A stretch of DNA of 64,000 bases from Phototrophicaceae bacterium (GTDB lineage Bacteria; Chloroflexota; Anaerolineae; Aggregatilineales; Phototrophicaceae): positions 2,370,871 through 2,434,870 of the forward strand of contig OZ220735.1 of NCBI GenBank assembly GCA_965116975.1, in the 5' to 3' direction. A program made the position numbers and the translations under genes. Below the pieces are notes generated by a model. That model was not told where the DNA came from, made no database searches, and was given only the letters and a program-made list of their open reading frames with translations. Below are positions 1 through 10,730 of this stretch, piece by piece (within the stretch, counting starts at the first letter, position 1; each line of letters starts with the position of its first letter).

Positions 1-486
1 GGCGCAATTTTCCCCTACCTGGGCGAAAATCTGACTCTCTGCTTGATAGAATGGGAGAATCAAGAAAAAGTCTCTGTGCAGGAGATGAAGAATCGGCTAG
101 AGGTGAAGCTCCCCCTGGCTTTTATGGACGATACAAGACTTATTCAATCGGCAATCGAAAACTTTTATCGTCAACGAGCAAAGTACTATCTACCGCCGCG
201 AGCCCAAGAACTAGCTGTTATACACGGTTTCGTCTTTAACAATATCAGGATCAAAAACCAGAAAACCTTATGGGGAAGCTGTTCCGGCAAGCGTAATCTG
301 AACTTCAACATGAGATTGATGATGACCCCGCCCGGCGCGATTGACAGCGTCATCATTCACGAGCTATGCCACTTGCGCGAGCTGAACCACAGCAAGTCTT
401 TCTGGGAAATGCTTGAAAAGCATAGTCCAGACTACAGAAAATGGGATCAGTGGTTCAAAGAGAACGAGCGCTATCTGGTGTTCTAG
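1..486 (+). CDS. YgjP/DUF45-type (SprT-like, M48-related) zinc metallopeptidase; 5' end lies outside the window
   Basis: Track ORF 43..486 (TTG) stays open in frame back to base 1 (GAIFPYLGENLTLC...), so the gene is cut by the window edge. The HExxH motif IIHELCHLRELNHS and the WGSCS motif are the DUF45/YgjP signature. Confidence 0.8.
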   Translation, partial: GAIFPYLGENLTLCLIEWENQEKVSVQEMKNRLEVKLPLAFMDDTRLIQSAIENFYRQRAKYYLPPRAQELAVIHGFVFNNIRIKNQKTLWGSCSGKRNLNFNMRLMMTPPGAIDSVIIHELCHLRELNHSKSFWEMLEKHSPDYRKWDQWFKENERYLVF

Positions 487-521
487 GTTCAAGACCCGGT
501 CTGCTGCGAAAGAAAAATCAT

Positions 522-1577
522 TTGAAAATCGATATTGTCTTGCAGCCCAGCAGTGATCTCCGCGCCGATGCCGAGCGGATTATTCAAGCTGGGACCTGGG
601 GATTCGACGCGGCTTGGAGCGTCGAATGGCGGAGCAATCCGTTTTTTCCATTAACTATAGCGGCGCAGGGGACGCAAGGTCCCTTCACGCTTGGCGCCAT
701 GGCAGCCCAAGCCATAGCGCGCAGCCCCATGATTAGCGCGCAGATAGCTTGGGATCTGGCGCGGCAAAGCGGCGGGCGCTTCGTGCTGGGGCTGGATGCG
801 GAAATGCCTCCATTCCACCCCGCCGATCAAGGTGGCCAAGCCCTCGATAGCGTGGGCCTAATGCGCGAATACCTCGAGAGCTTGCGAGCGATCTGGCGCA
901 CTTTCCAATACGATGAACGCTTGCGTTTTCGCGGGCGGCATTATCAGTTTCGGCTGATGGCGCCTTTTTTTAATCCGGGACCGATTACGCGCCCGAAGAT
1001 TCCAATTTTCCTGTCGGGAGACGGCGGCGCTGTCTATGCCCTAGCCGGCGAACAATGCCAAGGACTACATCCCAACCTGCTGCATTCGCAGCCATATCTG
1101 CGCGATGTGATCCTGCCACATTTAGCCCGAGGACTCGAACGCTCGGGAAGAGCCCGTGACTCATTCGAGCTTGCGGTTCCAGTTCTCGTATGCGCGCCGG
1201 ATATGATGGAAAAGGAATATGAGTCGCGGAATGATACTGGGAAAGAAACTGGGATGGAAATCGCGCGCTACGCCCTGTCCCGAAGCAATCGCTCTTTAGC
1301 GAAATACCATGGCTGGGAAGAAAACTTAGAGACGCTTCGGATAGCTGTACATTCTGGCGACAGCGGTTCCATTTGGCGCAGCATACCTGAAGATATTCTG
1401 CGTGAGATCGCGATCGTGGCCGAGCCGCAGCGAGCGGCTGCCGCGATACGTCAACGCTACAGCGACCTCGCCGATCGAGTTTGTCTCGTATTTGCTGATT
1501 GGATTCCGGAAGCAATTGCGGCGATAGTCGCGGATTTGAAAGACCAGTCGCAAGGTCAGCAAACAGATCAACCGTAA
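522..1577 (+). CDS. LLM-class (luciferase-like) F420-dependent oxidoreductase, MSMEG_2256/TIGR03617-like
   Basis: Track ORF 441..1577. Its first 27 codons overlap the upstream gene, and the in-frame TTG at 522 (LKIDIVLQ) fits the usual N-terminus better. Family blocks RSPMISAQIAWDLARQSGGRFVLGLD and LMAPFFNPGP were recognised by eye. Confidence 0.75.
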   Translation: MKIDIVLQPSSDLRADAERIIQAGTWGFDAAWSVEWRSNPFFPLTIAAQGTQGPFTLGAMAAQAIARSPMISAQIAWDLARQSGGRFVLGLDAEMPPFHPADQGGQALDSVGLMREYLESLRAIWRTFQYDERLRFRGRHYQFRLMAPFFNPGPITRPKIPIFLSGDGGAVYALAGEQCQGLHPNLLHSQPYLRDVILPHLARGLERSGRARDSFELAVPVLVCAPDMMEKEYESRNDTGKETGMEIARYALSRSNRSLAKYHGWEENLETLRIAVHSGDSGSIWRSIPEDILREIAIVAEPQRAAAAIRQRYSDLADRVCLVFADWIPEAIAAIVADLKDQSQGQQTDQP

Positions 1578-2101
1578 AGCGCTGGCAGCGGTTCTTCCTC
1601 CACCTTATAGACCTGAAACCCGCGCTTTTGGTAGTTCGCCAAGGCGTGCGGACCGTCAAGGTTGCAGGTATGCAGCCAGACGCGGCTCGCGCTCATATCC
1701 CATGCCCGCGCAACCCCATAGCTGAGCAGATGTTTGCCCAGTCCACGTCCCATGTAGTCGCCTCGCAGTCCAAAATAGGCGATTTCCACCGAGCCGTCCG
1801 CGTGGCGGAACAATTCCACGTAGCCGGCCGGGGAGCCGCTGACATACAAAACATGAACCTGCGTGTTCGACGAAGACAATATGTCGCGAAGTTCAGAATT
1901 AGTCATTTGCAGGCGGTCGCGCCAAGCCCATTCCTCGCCCACAGACTGGTATAGAAATTTGTAGAAACCCAGATCCGGCATTTCCATCTTCACGATCTCG
2001 ATGTCGGCAGCTCGGATATAAGCGGGCGTAAAGTCCGATCTACTAGTCATTTCCAGGTAAGTGGTGACAAGCGTCTCCACTCGTTTGCCGACTAACTCCA
2101 T
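1568..2101 (-). CDS. GNAT family N-acetyltransferase
   Basis: 177-aa ORF with the acetyl-CoA binding block YMGRGLGKHLLSYGVARAW and the C-terminal ALANYQKRGF motif typical of GNAT enzymes. Confidence 0.85.
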   Translation of the reverse strand: MELVGKRVETLVTTYLEMTSRSDFTPAYIRAADIEIVKMEMPDLGFYKFLYQSVGEEWAWRDRLQMTNSELRDILSSSNTQVHVLYVSGSPAGYVELFRHADGSVEIAYFGLRGDYMGRGLGKHLLSYGVARAWDMSASRVWLHTCNLDGPHALANYQKRGFQVYKVEEEPLPALYG

Positions 2102-2295
2102 GGGATTCGCTCTTGAATAACCCTAAAGCGCAACGCTACGAGAGCCTAGCATAACCAGCCAGCCAGCGCGCTAGCATGGTATATTACGACAAAAAACCTA
2201 TTCCAACGCTAAGCATTGTCACCAAAGCGCGAGGACCTTCGCCAGAGCAATCGCGCCGCATGTTTGTCTTGTCATAAACAGGCTGCGGCACTAAG

Positions 2296-2931
2296 ATGGC
2301 TCGTCAACTCTTCGTCATCGAAGTCCAAATGCCCGTGCACATAATAAAGCGCATGCGACAATCTTTGCAATTACGCTGGTACAAGTTCGTGCCAACGGAT
2401 CGCCTCATTGATCAAATAGGCAAGGGGCGCGGCGGCTCAAAATCCCAGCCAATGCTTGACGCGCTGCGCGAACGCCTCGCCTATCAAGACGGCAGCCTTA
2501 ATTCAGTAGACTGGACGCTTGCCAAGCTGAACGGCGTCGCCCTTTCGTCCTGTCTGCTGACAAATGCCAAACTTGCCGGCGCCAACTTGCGCGGCGCTTA
2601 CTTCGGTTACTCCGACCTGCGCAAAGCCTGCTTGCAAGATGCCGATTTGCGCGAAGCGAGCTTGCGGGAGGCGCGGCTTGAGGGCGCCGATCTGTCCGGC
2701 GCGAACCTCCAATCGGCCAACCTGGCGCGCGCCGATTTGCGCGGCGCGCGGCTCGTCCGCGCAAATCTCAGCACAGCCAACCTCTGGGAGACCGATTTGC
2801 GCGGAGCCGACCTGTCCCAAGCGGTCCTGACCGCCTGCGCCACGCATAGCGTCAAGGTGGATCGAAGGACAATTCTCCCCAATGGCAATGCCTGCCGCGA
2901 TGTAGGTGAATTTGCCCCATTTACAGCCTAA
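2296..2931 (+). CDS. Pentapeptide-repeat protein
   Basis: The central region is a continuous run of A(D/N)LxX pentapeptides (ANLRGAYFGYSDLRKACLQDADLREASLREARLEGADLSGANLQSANLARADLRGARL...). Confidence 0.9.
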   Translation: MARQLFVIEVQMPVHIIKRMRQSLQLRWYKFVPTDRLIDQIGKGRGGSKSQPMLDALRERLAYQDGSLNSVDWTLAKLNGVALSSCLLTNAKLAGANLRGAYFGYSDLRKACLQDADLREASLREARLEGADLSGANLQSANLARADLRGARLVRANLSTANLWETDLRGADLSQAVLTACATHSVKVDRRTILPNGNACRDVGEFAPFTA

Positions 2932-3024
2932 AGCGTAGTCAATTCGAATTAGATTCAACGAAGAATTGCGGTAGAATGATTCTATCTGACCTTTCATGAT
3001 AGTCTTTGGCAGGAAGCGCTACAG

Positions 3025-3807
3025 GTGCATGTCCTAAGTTTTACACGCAGCACGCCAGATACAGCCGCAAAAGTCTGGGTTGATGAAGCGGGCGAGGTCG
3101 CCTGGGGCGATGTGGCTACTGTGGTTAATCCCTGGGATGAATACGCCCTGGAAGAGAGCATCGTGCAAGCCACGAAAAGCGCTGGCGAAGCGACCGTCAT
3201 CGCCATCGGTCCCGCCATCCATGACGACGCCCTCAAGCACAGTATCGCGATGGGCATAACAAATGCCCGCCGGATTGACGAGCCTAAGGCGGATATCCGC
3301 GACAGCCTGGTCTGGTCCGCGCTGGCGGCCGGCGCCATTAAGAAACTCGGGAATGTTGAATTGATCATCTTCGGCAAGGAAAGCGTTGATGTCGCAACGG
3401 ATCAACATACTTATCAATTGGCGCGGCGTCTGGGATGGACGATGCTGAGTTTCGTTTCTGATATCATCGCCCTCGATGCGGAGGCGGGAACGATCCGCGT
3501 GGAACAGACACTGGAACAAGGCAAGCGCGTCTTGTCGGCGCGGCTGCCCGCGGTCATATCTGTGCTGAAGGGCATAAACGAACCGCGCTATCCAAACTTT
3601 TTGGGTATTCGCAAAGCGGCAAAAGCACAGATTCCGGTTTGGTCGGCAGCGGATTTAGAGATCGAGGCGCCAGTCGCCGCCACGTCCATCCTGGCATATC
3701 ACAATCCTGCGCCCCGCGACGTTAAGACGGAAATTATCACCGGCAAAGACGCGGCAGAAAAAGCGGTGAACCTGGCCGAGCGGCTCTTCGAGGAGAAAGT
3801 GCTGTGA
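3025..3807 (+). CDS. etfB: Electron transfer flavoprotein beta subunit (EtfB/FixA)
   Basis: 260 aa with a GTG start. It has EtfB-like blocks ([32 protein letters not shown]) and its stop overlaps the etfA start (GTGA). Confidence 0.9.
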   Translation: MHVLSFTRSTPDTAAKVWVDEAGEVAWGDVATVVNPWDEYALEESIVQATKSAGEATVIAIGPAIHDDALKHSIAMGITNARRIDEPKADIRDSLVWSALAAGAIKKLGNVELIIFGKESVDVATDQHTYQLARRLGWTMLSFVSDIIALDAEAGTIRVEQTLEQGKRVLSARLPAVISVLKGINEPRYPNFLGIRKAAKAQIPVWSAADLEIEAPVAATSILAYHNPAPRDVKTEIITGKDAAEKAVNLAERLFEEKVL

Positions 3808-4841
3808 GCGTTTTTGTCTGGATAGAGTCCTATGCCGGTCGCGCGAATCCCGCCAGTTGGGAAGCGCTTGCCGCGGGAAAATCACTCGCTGACAAACTGG
3901 GAAGCGATGTTGCCGCGCTGGTATTTGGAGAAAATGCGCGCGCAATCGCTGCTGAAGCGGGGCGCTTCGGCGCGGCAAATGCTTTCATTTGCGAGGACGA
4001 AGCGCTGAGCGAATACCGGCTCGAAGTTTATACCCAGCTCATGACGGACCTGGTCAAAGCGCATCAGCCGGTCTTTGTCTTGGCTGTCGGCAGCAACCGC
4101 GGCCGCGAGCTGCTCGCGAGCAGCGCAGTAGATACCGAAAGCGGGTTAATCGCGGAGGCCACGAAACTGAGGTTGCACCGGGGCAAGATTATAGCGACCC
4201 GCCCCGCTTACGCCGGCAAAATCGCGATGGAAATGACATCCAACACGGCTACGACTTTCATCACAGTCCGCGGGCGGGCATTTCAAGCCGCTGCAAAAGA
4301 TTCCCAGGCCTCTGTGAGCATCACGGAAGTCCAGACTGGCTGGACCATGCAAGACATCGCAGTTGCGGCGGGGGCATTTCGGGACGCGGTCCACGATGTG
4401 AATCTGACGGAGGCGGCAATAATCGTCAGCGGCGGACGGGGCATGGCGAATAATCCCAAAAAAGTTCCCTCAGACATTGGCGCCGCAGACCCCAATGTCT
4501 GGAAAGCCAAAGACGGCTTCGAGCATACGCTGCGCCCTCTGGCGGCGGTCCTAGGCGCCGCTGTCGGCGCAAGCAGAGCCGCCGTCGACGCGGGCTATAT
4601 CGCCTATGAACACCAAGTAGGGCAGACGGGCAAAGTTGTCAATCCCGATCTATACATCGCCTGCGGGATTAGCGGCGCGATACAGCATCAAGCGGGCATG
4701 CGCGGCAGCAAGATTATCGTGGCGATCAACAAAGACGCCGCGGCGCCAATCTTCAAACTCGCGCATTATGGCGTCGTTGGCGACTTATATGAGCTTGTTC
4801 CAGCCTTGAGCGCGGCGCTGCGGCGCAAGCTGGGTTCCTAA
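3804..4841 (+). CDS. etfA: Electron transfer flavoprotein alpha subunit (EtfA/FixB)
   Basis: 345 aa. The C-terminal FAD-binding block [34 protein letters not shown] is the EtfA signature. The gene is translationally coupled to etfB. Confidence 0.92.
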   Translation: MSVFVWIESYAGRANPASWEALAAGKSLADKLGSDVAALVFGENARAIAAEAGRFGAANAFICEDEALSEYRLEVYTQLMTDLVKAHQPVFVLAVGSNRGRELLASSAVDTESGLIAEATKLRLHRGKIIATRPAYAGKIAMEMTSNTATTFITVRGRAFQAAAKDSQASVSITEVQTGWTMQDIAVAAGAFRDAVHDVNLTEAAIIVSGGRGMANNPKKVPSDIGAADPNVWKAKDGFEHTLRPLAAVLGAAVGASRAAVDAGYIAYEHQVGQTGKVVNPDLYIACGISGAIQHQAGMRGSKIIVAINKDAAAPIFKLAHYGVVGDLYELVPALSAALRRKLGS

Positions 4842-4858
4842 ACGGTGGGTACCGAGCT

Positions 4859-4882
4859 GGCGCGTTCAAGCGCGCCTTTGTT
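4859..4882 (+). terminator. Candidate intrinsic terminator after etfA
   Basis: GGCGCG-ttcaag-CGCGCC hairpin followed by TTTGTT, 18 nt after the etfA stop. Confidence 0.45.
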
Positions 4883-5117
4883 CCATTTCAACACAAGCGA
4901 CATCATGCGCATAGCTAAAATCACCATTGGATTATCGACCGGACAAATAAGGCTCGTTTTTCCGCGTTCGACTACGGCGATGACAGTCTTGCGACAAAAT
5001 CGCTGCCGCTGGATGAATTGCCTATGTTGTCGGCTGGACATGGCTTGGCGCTAATGTAAGATAGTTGCCTTGCGGCTATTGGGAATTTGAATTCGAATTA
5101 GTTGAGCAAGCCAATCA

Positions 5118-8015
5118 ATGGAATTCGCACTAATCACAGCTGTACCGTTTTTGCTGGCATTATTGCTGGTCATACCACCGCTAAAAGATCTTTCCAAGTT
5201 TTGGCATACGGTCATATCTACCGTCGCCATGGCTGGCATGTTTGTCACAGTCTTGTTGGCGCTCCCGCGCTTGCATGAAGAAAAACTCATCGTTTACGGG
5301 CTAGATTGGATCCCGTCTCTGGGCATCAGTCTCAACTTTTACGTCGATGGGCTGGCAACAATATTTGCTTTAATCGTGACCGGAGTCGGCGCTCTCATAT
5401 TCCTTTACGCCGGCTACTATTTCGACGACGCAGCCGAACACCGGCGCTTTATTTCCTGGCTGCTGGCTTTTGCCGGCGCCATGTTGATGGTCATTCTGTC
5501 GGGCAATTTGCTGCTAACCTTCGTCGGCTGGGAATTGACAAGCGTCACCTCCTTCATGTTGATCGGGTTCACGGGCAAACAAAACGCCGAAGCCCGCGCG
5601 GGCGCTTTCAAAGCCTTGTTTGTTACCGGCGCCGGCGCGCTCGCTTTAATCATTGGGATAGTCATTCTGGGTGTGGCTTGTGGTCAAATCCTGTATCCCG
5701 AAGGCGGCATCCGCTTTGTCTCTGATATCGGCGAGATCTTACAGACCGAGGACCTGCACAAACACGAATGGTTCCCGATTTTCACAGTATTGATTTTGCT
5801 TGGCGGCTTAACCAAGAGCGCACAGTTCCCCTTCCATTTTTGGCTGCCCGGCGCCATGAGCGCGCCCACCCCGGCCAGCGCCTATTTGCACAGCGCGACC
5901 ATGGTAAAAGCAGGCATTTTCCTCTTCGCTCGCTTGTCGCCGGTGATGTACAAGAACGCGCTTTGGTCGGAACTTTTGCTTGCTTTTGGTCTGGCGACTA
6001 TGCTGATGGGCTCCGTTTTCGCAATTAAACAGCGCGATCTCAAAGCTCTGCTGGCTTATTCTACCGTGAGCAAACTGGGCGCCATCGTCGCCATGATAGG
6101 CTTGCCCGGTCAGAACGGTCTTAAAGCCGCATTCCTGGGGATAATCGCGCATGCGCTATACAAGTCGGCGCTGTTCCTGGTGGCAGGAACCATCGATCAC
6201 GCCACAGGCACGCGGATAATTGATCGCTTGGGCGGGCTGTATAAACAGATGCCCGTGATGTTTTTGGTCACTGTGATCTCGGCCCTTTCGATGGCAGGCA
6301 CGCCATTCTTGCTAGGTTTCGTCGCCAAAGAAACCCTGTTAGACGCCATGCTGCATTATAGCCAGCCGCAGACAATTCTGATTATGGGTGTAGTGACAGC
6401 GAGCTCGATCTTCACGGCATTGGCCGCCTATATGCTCGTCTATGACCTGTTCTGGAAGCCGGCGCGGCATGAGATCCATTTCCACCAGCCGCCATCTCCG
6501 ATTCGCTTGGGACCGGTCATTTTGTCTCTGGGGTCACTGCTTCTGGGCGTTTTGATAGAACCGGTCATCGTGCCGCTATTGGAATTGGCAGTGCCCAAAG
6601 CCTTCGAACTCCATGTCTTTGCCGGCTTCAATAACGTGTTTTGGCTGAGCATGGCGATCTTGGCTGGGGGCATCGCGCTCTTCGTTGTCCGCAGACATTT
6701 GATCAAAGTCATTGGATTCCCCCTGTCCGGCGACAGCGTCTACCGCGAAATGATCGCCTATATCGATTGGGCTGGGGACAACATTTTGCGCAGTCAATCG
6801 GGTTATGTCCGCTACTATCTGGTGATTATTCTAGGGACGGTTTCGACAGTCTTAATCGCTTCGGGAACGTTGAGCACGGTTACAGCGGGCAAGTCACTCT
6901 TCCCGTCCGACCTTTCCGTGACGATTATCGACCTGGCAAAAATCTTCATGCTCATACTGGCGGTGGCAGCCGGGGTGTTAACGGTCGCCGTGCGCGAACA
7001 TGTCAAGGCGGCCATCGCCTTTGGCGTCATCGGTTATGCCATTGGCGTCATATTCTTGATAGAGCACGCGCCTGATGTGGCGCTGGTCCAATTGTTGGTG
7101 GAAACCATGGCCACCGTGCTTATTATCATCATGTTGGGCAGGATTAGCGCTTCGACGCGCCGCCGCGTGATCAACAACTTGTGGAGCGGCAGGCACCAGC
7201 GCAACTTTGGGCTTCTGCGCGATCTTGGCATCTCAATCGTCATCGGCTTGGCGGTATTTGTCTTCTCGCTGATCGCCCTGCAAAACAGAGCCGAACGCAG
7301 CAGCATCGCGGCTTGGCACCTCGAAAATACGCCTGCGGTGAACACAGAAGATGTCGTCGGCGCTATCGTTGCCTCCTTCCGCGGAACCGATACTTTGCTG
7401 GAAATCGCTGTTTTCACAACCGCCGCGCTGGGCGTGCTGACTCTCCTCGCTCGCGGACGCAGGGGCAGCGGTCCGCTGGCGCCGCGTATCGACAATGTTA
7501 AACGACTGCAAGAATTCGACGCCGACGTCGTCGGGGGCGTTCAAAACGCCACCGACCTATCGACGCCTTTCACCCGTTCCGTTTCCACAATTGTTCTGCC
7601 CATAGCGATTTTGATCGGCATCGCGCAGATACTCTATGGCGGCAACGGTCCCGGCGATGGCTTCACCGCTGGCGTGACTATCGGCCTCGCTGTCTCGCTT
7701 TGGTATGTTGTGCTCGGCTACCACGAAGCGACGGAGCAGTTGCCCTGGTTCCGTCCCGCGCAATTAACCCGTCTCGGGCTAACTATCGCCCTGCTCAACG
7801 CATTGTTGCCGATTTTTCTGGGGGCTGGCTTTATGGGCCATATAGAATTCGACAAAGCCCTCGGGCTTTACGAATTGGTGGGATCCTTCGGCTTGCATAT
7901 CAACTCTTCGTTGATCTTCGAAATCGCGATCGCCCTGACAGTGATGGGCGGCTTGGGCATCATCATTGAGGCAATCGCGTTTCCCAACGAAGTAGCGTCA
8001 CTAGGTGAAGACTAG
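5118..8015 (+). CDS. mrpA: Mrp-type monovalent cation/H+ antiporter subunit A with fused subunit B domain
   Basis: 965-aa polytopic protein with a NuoL/MrpA block (FHFWLPGAMSAPTPASAYLHSATMVKAGIFL) and a long C-terminal MnhB-like membrane extension. It is the first of six contiguous mrp genes. Confidence 0.9.
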   Translation: MEFALITAVPFLLALLLVIPPLKDLSKFWHTVISTVAMAGMFVTVLLALPRLHEEKLIVYGLDWIPSLGISLNFYVDGLATIFALIVTGVGALIFLYAGYYFDDAAEHRRFISWLLAFAGAMLMVILSGNLLLTFVGWELTSVTSFMLIGFTGKQNAEARAGAFKALFVTGAGALALIIGIVILGVACGQILYPEGGIRFVSDIGEILQTEDLHKHEWFPIFTVLILLGGLTKSAQFPFHFWLPGAMSAPTPASAYLHSATMVKAGIFLFARLSPVMYKNALWSELLLAFGLATMLMGSVFAIKQRDLKALLAYSTVSKLGAIVAMIGLPGQNGLKAAFLGIIAHALYKSALFLVAGTIDHATGTRIIDRLGGLYKQMPVMFLVTVISALSMAGTPFLLGFVAKETLLDAMLHYSQPQTILIMGVVTASSIFTALAAYMLVYDLFWKPARHEIHFHQPPSPIRLGPVILSLGSLLLGVLIEPVIVPLLELAVPKAFELHVFAGFNNVFWLSMAILAGGIALFVVRRHLIKVIGFPLSGDSVYREMIAYIDWAGDNILRSQSGYVRYYLVIILGTVSTVLIASGTLSTVTAGKSLFPSDLSVTIIDLAKIFMLILAVAAGVLTVAVREHVKAAIAFGVIGYAIGVIFLIEHAPDVALVQLLVETMATVLIIIMLGRISASTRRRVINNLWSGRHQRNFGLLRDLGISIVIGLAVFVFSLIALQNRAERSSIAAWHLENTPAVNTEDVVGAIVASFRGTDTLLEIAVFTTAALGVLTLLARGRRGSGPLAPRIDNVKRLQEFDADVVGGVQNATDLSTPFTRSVSTIVLPIAILIGIAQILYGGNGPGDGFTAGVTIGLAVSLWYVVLGYHEATEQLPWFRPAQLTRLGLTIALLNALLPIFLGAGFMGHIEFDKALGLYELVGSFGLHINSSLIFEIAIALTVMGGLGIIIEAIAFPNEVASLGED

Positions 8016-8027
8016 GAGGCAAAGTCC

Positions 8028-8372
8028 ATGATCGAATTCATGTTCGCGCTCGCCATAGGCATGCTCTTTGGCATTGGGGTGTTTCAATTGCTGCGGCGAG
8101 ACCTCATCAAGGCGGCCATCGGCTTCGCGATATTGTTCTCCGCCATTAACTTGTTTTTCGTCGCTGTCGGCGCATTTGAAGGCGAATACGCGCCATACGT
8201 GAGCAATGTGGAAGCGGGACGCCAGACCAGCGATCCACTTATACAAGCGCTGATTTTGACTGCCATTGTGGTCAGCTTCGGCAGTTTTTCGCTGGTGCTG
8301 GGCTTGGTCAATATCATTTCGCTGCGCTATGGAACCGTGGATTCGAACGAAGTGAACAATCTGAGGAACTAA
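8028..8372 (+). CDS. mrpC: Mrp antiporter subunit C (NuoK-like)
   Basis: 114 aa with three predicted TM helices, at the position and size of MnhC/MrpC. The ALILTAIVVSF block is NuoK-like. Confidence 0.85.
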   Translation: MIEFMFALAIGMLFGIGVFQLLRRDLIKAAIGFAILFSAINLFFVAVGAFEGEYAPYVSNVEAGRQTSDPLIQALILTAIVVSFGSFSLVLGLVNIISLRYGTVDSNEVNNLRN

Positions 8373-8420
8373 GGAAAGCAACTCGAGAAAATGGCACAAG
8401 CATGAGAACGCCGACCGTCT

Positions 8421-9944
8421 ATGGGTGAAAACATTTTTGTCTTGGGCACGCTGGTCGCGCCACTTGCGGGCGCGGTAATCGCGCTGCTCTTCGCGAAAAA
8501 TAACTATGCGCAGCGCCTTGTGGGTTTGATAACCAGCATTGTCGCCTGGGTCTTCAGCACCCAGGTGTTGCTGCAGGTACGCCAAACAGGCGTGCAAACC
8601 TATGAACTAGGCGGCTGGTCCCCGCCCTACGGCATCGTCTTGGTCGCGGATAGTTTGGGCGGGCTTTTTGCCTTCATGGTCACGACCATCATGATAGGCG
8701 GCATGCTTTATACCTTGCGCAGCCATGACAGGTGCATGACCTACCCGGCCTTTGTGCCGCTATTCCTGCTCATGGAACTGGGTCTCGTCGGCGCCATGTT
8801 GACGGGCGATCTCTTCACATTGTTTGTCTTCATGGAGCTGATGGTGCTGGCTTCGGTGTCGCTGACGGCGATTTCTGACGACCAATACGGCTTGGAAGCG
8901 GCATTGAAGTACATCCTGATTAGCTCTATGGGAACCTTATTTTTGCTGCTGGGCATAGCGGCGATGTACGCGGCGCTGGGGACGCTCAACATGGCTGATA
9001 TGGCGCGCATTCTCTTGACCGGCGAGCGGCCCTTTCTGGCGCCGGCCTCGGCTTTGATGCTGCTCTGCGCCTTCCTGCTCAAGAGCGCGGTCTTTCCTTT
9101 CCATTTTTGGCAGCCGGATTTTCATACCACCGCGCCTACTCCCGTCAGCGCCATGTTGTCGTCGATCGTTGTAAAGGTTGGCGTCTATGGGATAATCCGT
9201 CTGGTAACGCTGCTATTCGTTGACGAGGCGCCACGGCTGCAAAGCTGGCTCGTGTTGCTGGGCAGCATCGGCGTCATTTTTGGCAGCCTGGGCGCGCTGC
9301 GCACATATAACGCCAAGAGAATGCTCGCTTACTCGACCTTCGCCCAGATCGGGTTCATCCTGGTGGGCATCGGATGGGGCAATACACTGGCGATGATCGG
9401 CGCGATTGTTTATGCTTTTAATCATGCATTTATCAAGTCCTCGCTGCTGATGCTCATGGGCGTCGTCGCCAGTTACACCAAAGTCAAGACAGCGAACTTC
9501 GCCGATATCGTCGGGATCGGGCACAAGCTGCCGCCACTCACAGGCTGGCTAGTCATGATTGGCGGTTTGTCGCTGGCTGGCATCCCGCCGCTCAACGGTT
9601 TCATCAGCAAGCTGGCGCTGATACGCGGCGGCGTCGCTCAAGAAGATTGGGTGAACTTGATCTTGTTAGTCGGCGCGGGGATATTAACGTTGATTTATAT
9701 GGTGCGGGCTTGGCAGCACATCTTCCAGCGCGCGCCAATCCCGGCGACGACGCCCACAAAAGACACAGGCGACAGTCTGCTGGCGCCTATGCTTTTGGTC
9801 TCCATCTGTTTGCTCCTGGGAATCGTCTTGGCGGAACCGCTGCTTCAGTTGGTGACAGAGACTGTGCGCGAGATAAGCGATCCCAATATCTATATTTCCG
9901 CGGTTGGTCTGCCCGCTGTTGGTCTACCGATGGAGGCACCGTGA
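8421..9944 (+). CDS. mrpD: Mrp antiporter subunit D (NuoN/NuoM-like proton-conducting subunit)
   Basis: 507 aa with the block FPFHFWQPDFHTTAPTPVSAMLSSIVVKVGVYG, characteristic of the NuoL/M/N-MrpD family. Confidence 0.9.
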   Translation: MGENIFVLGTLVAPLAGAVIALLFAKNNYAQRLVGLITSIVAWVFSTQVLLQVRQTGVQTYELGGWSPPYGIVLVADSLGGLFAFMVTTIMIGGMLYTLRSHDRCMTYPAFVPLFLLMELGLVGAMLTGDLFTLFVFMELMVLASVSLTAISDDQYGLEAALKYILISSMGTLFLLLGIAAMYAALGTLNMADMARILLTGERPFLAPASALMLLCAFLLKSAVFPFHFWQPDFHTTAPTPVSAMLSSIVVKVGVYGIIRLVTLLFVDEAPRLQSWLVLLGSIGVIFGSLGALRTYNAKRMLAYSTFAQIGFILVGIGWGNTLAMIGAIVYAFNHAFIKSSLLMLMGVVASYTKVKTANFADIVGIGHKLPPLTGWLVMIGGLSLAGIPPLNGFISKLALIRGGVAQEDWVNLILLVGAGILTLIYMVRAWQHIFQRAPIPATTPTKDTGDSLLAPMLLVSICLLLGIVLAEPLLQLVTETVREISDPNIYISAVGLPAVGLPMEAP

Positions 9945-10456
9945 ACACAATCTTGAAGCGCATCGTCTTGGCATTGCCTTTGTCGCTTGGCTGGACAATC
10001 TATACCGCGCAGCCCACCCTGGGCAACTTTCTGCTAGGTTATTTCTTTAGCGTGGTCGTTTTGACGGCGACCGGGCTAAAGGGGCACAGCGTCAACCTGA
10101 GCAATACGGTTTTGCAAATCTACAACCTGCTCGCTTATGTGCTTTACTTGTCCAAAGAGGTCTTGGTATCTGGCGTGCAAGTCGCGCGCATCATACTTTC
10201 GCCGAGCCTGCCAATTGACCCGGGCATCACACGGGTCAAAACCCAGGACGATAGCAAACGCGAGTTAATATCCGCCATTAGCGCCCATGGCATCACCATC
10301 ACGCCGGGCGAGCTTGTCGTTGATTTCGATGAAAATGAAGACGAGGGTGTCTTGATGATCGTGCACAGCCTGACAATAAGCGAGTCTAGCGAGGTCCTCG
10401 ATCAAGATCAGTCCCTTCGTTTGAAGCGAATCAAAGGAATCCTAGGACATGATTGA
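9941..10456 (+). CDS. mrpE: Mrp antiporter subunit E
   Basis: Track ORF 9647..10456. GTG at 9941 overlaps the mrpD stop (GTGA) and gives a 171-aa protein starting VNTILKRIVLALPLSLGW with an MnhE-like layout. Confidence 0.8.
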   Translation: MNTILKRIVLALPLSLGWTIYTAQPTLGNFLLGYFFSVVVLTATGLKGHSVNLSNTVLQIYNLLAYVLYLSKEVLVSGVQVARIILSPSLPIDPGITRVKTQDDSKRELISAISAHGITITPGELVVDFDENEDEGVLMIVHSLTISESSEVLDQDQSLRLKRIKGILGHD

Positions 10457-10730
10457 GAGCGAATTCGCCCAATTGGCGATCAGGCTCGTTCTATTGGCGC
10501 TGGTAAGCTTGCTAATACCCGCGTCCTATCGCGTTATCGTCGGCACGACGCTGCCGGACCGCCTGCAAGCCGTCGATCTCATCACGACGCTGCTCATTGG
10601 CATCATAGTGATGCTGGCTTTGGTGGAAGGCACGCAAGTTTTCGTTGACATGGCGATTGCCCTGTCTGCTTTCGCTTTCGTTGGCACGATTAGCATCGCG
10701 CGTTACATCTCGGAAGGCAGAGGATTCTAG
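10449..10730 (+). CDS. mrpF: Mrp antiporter subunit F
   Basis: 93 aa. The block PDRLQAVDLITTLLIGIIVMLAL is the MnhF/MrpF signature. The gene overlaps mrpE by 8 nt. Confidence 0.85.
   Translation: MIESEFAQLAIRLVLLALVSLLIPASYRVIVGTTLPDRLQAVDLITTLLIGIIVMLALVEGTQVFVDMAIALSAFAFVGTISIARYISEGRGF

Noticed and set aside
480-500. A tRNA-like GGTTCAAGACC string, and a general search for tRNA, rRNA, CRISPR or defence genes
   Set aside because: The string has no cloverleaf context around it. I found no T-loop/acceptor combination, no repeat-spacer array, and no nuclease, helicase or toxin-type gene set anywhere in the window. I therefore do not claim any such feature.
10653-10664. A 12-nt match (GCGATTGCCCTG) to the MITE terminus inside mrpF
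   Set aside because: It is an isolated 12-mer within an intact coding frame, with no partner repeat or adjacent element sequence. It is most likely a chance match.
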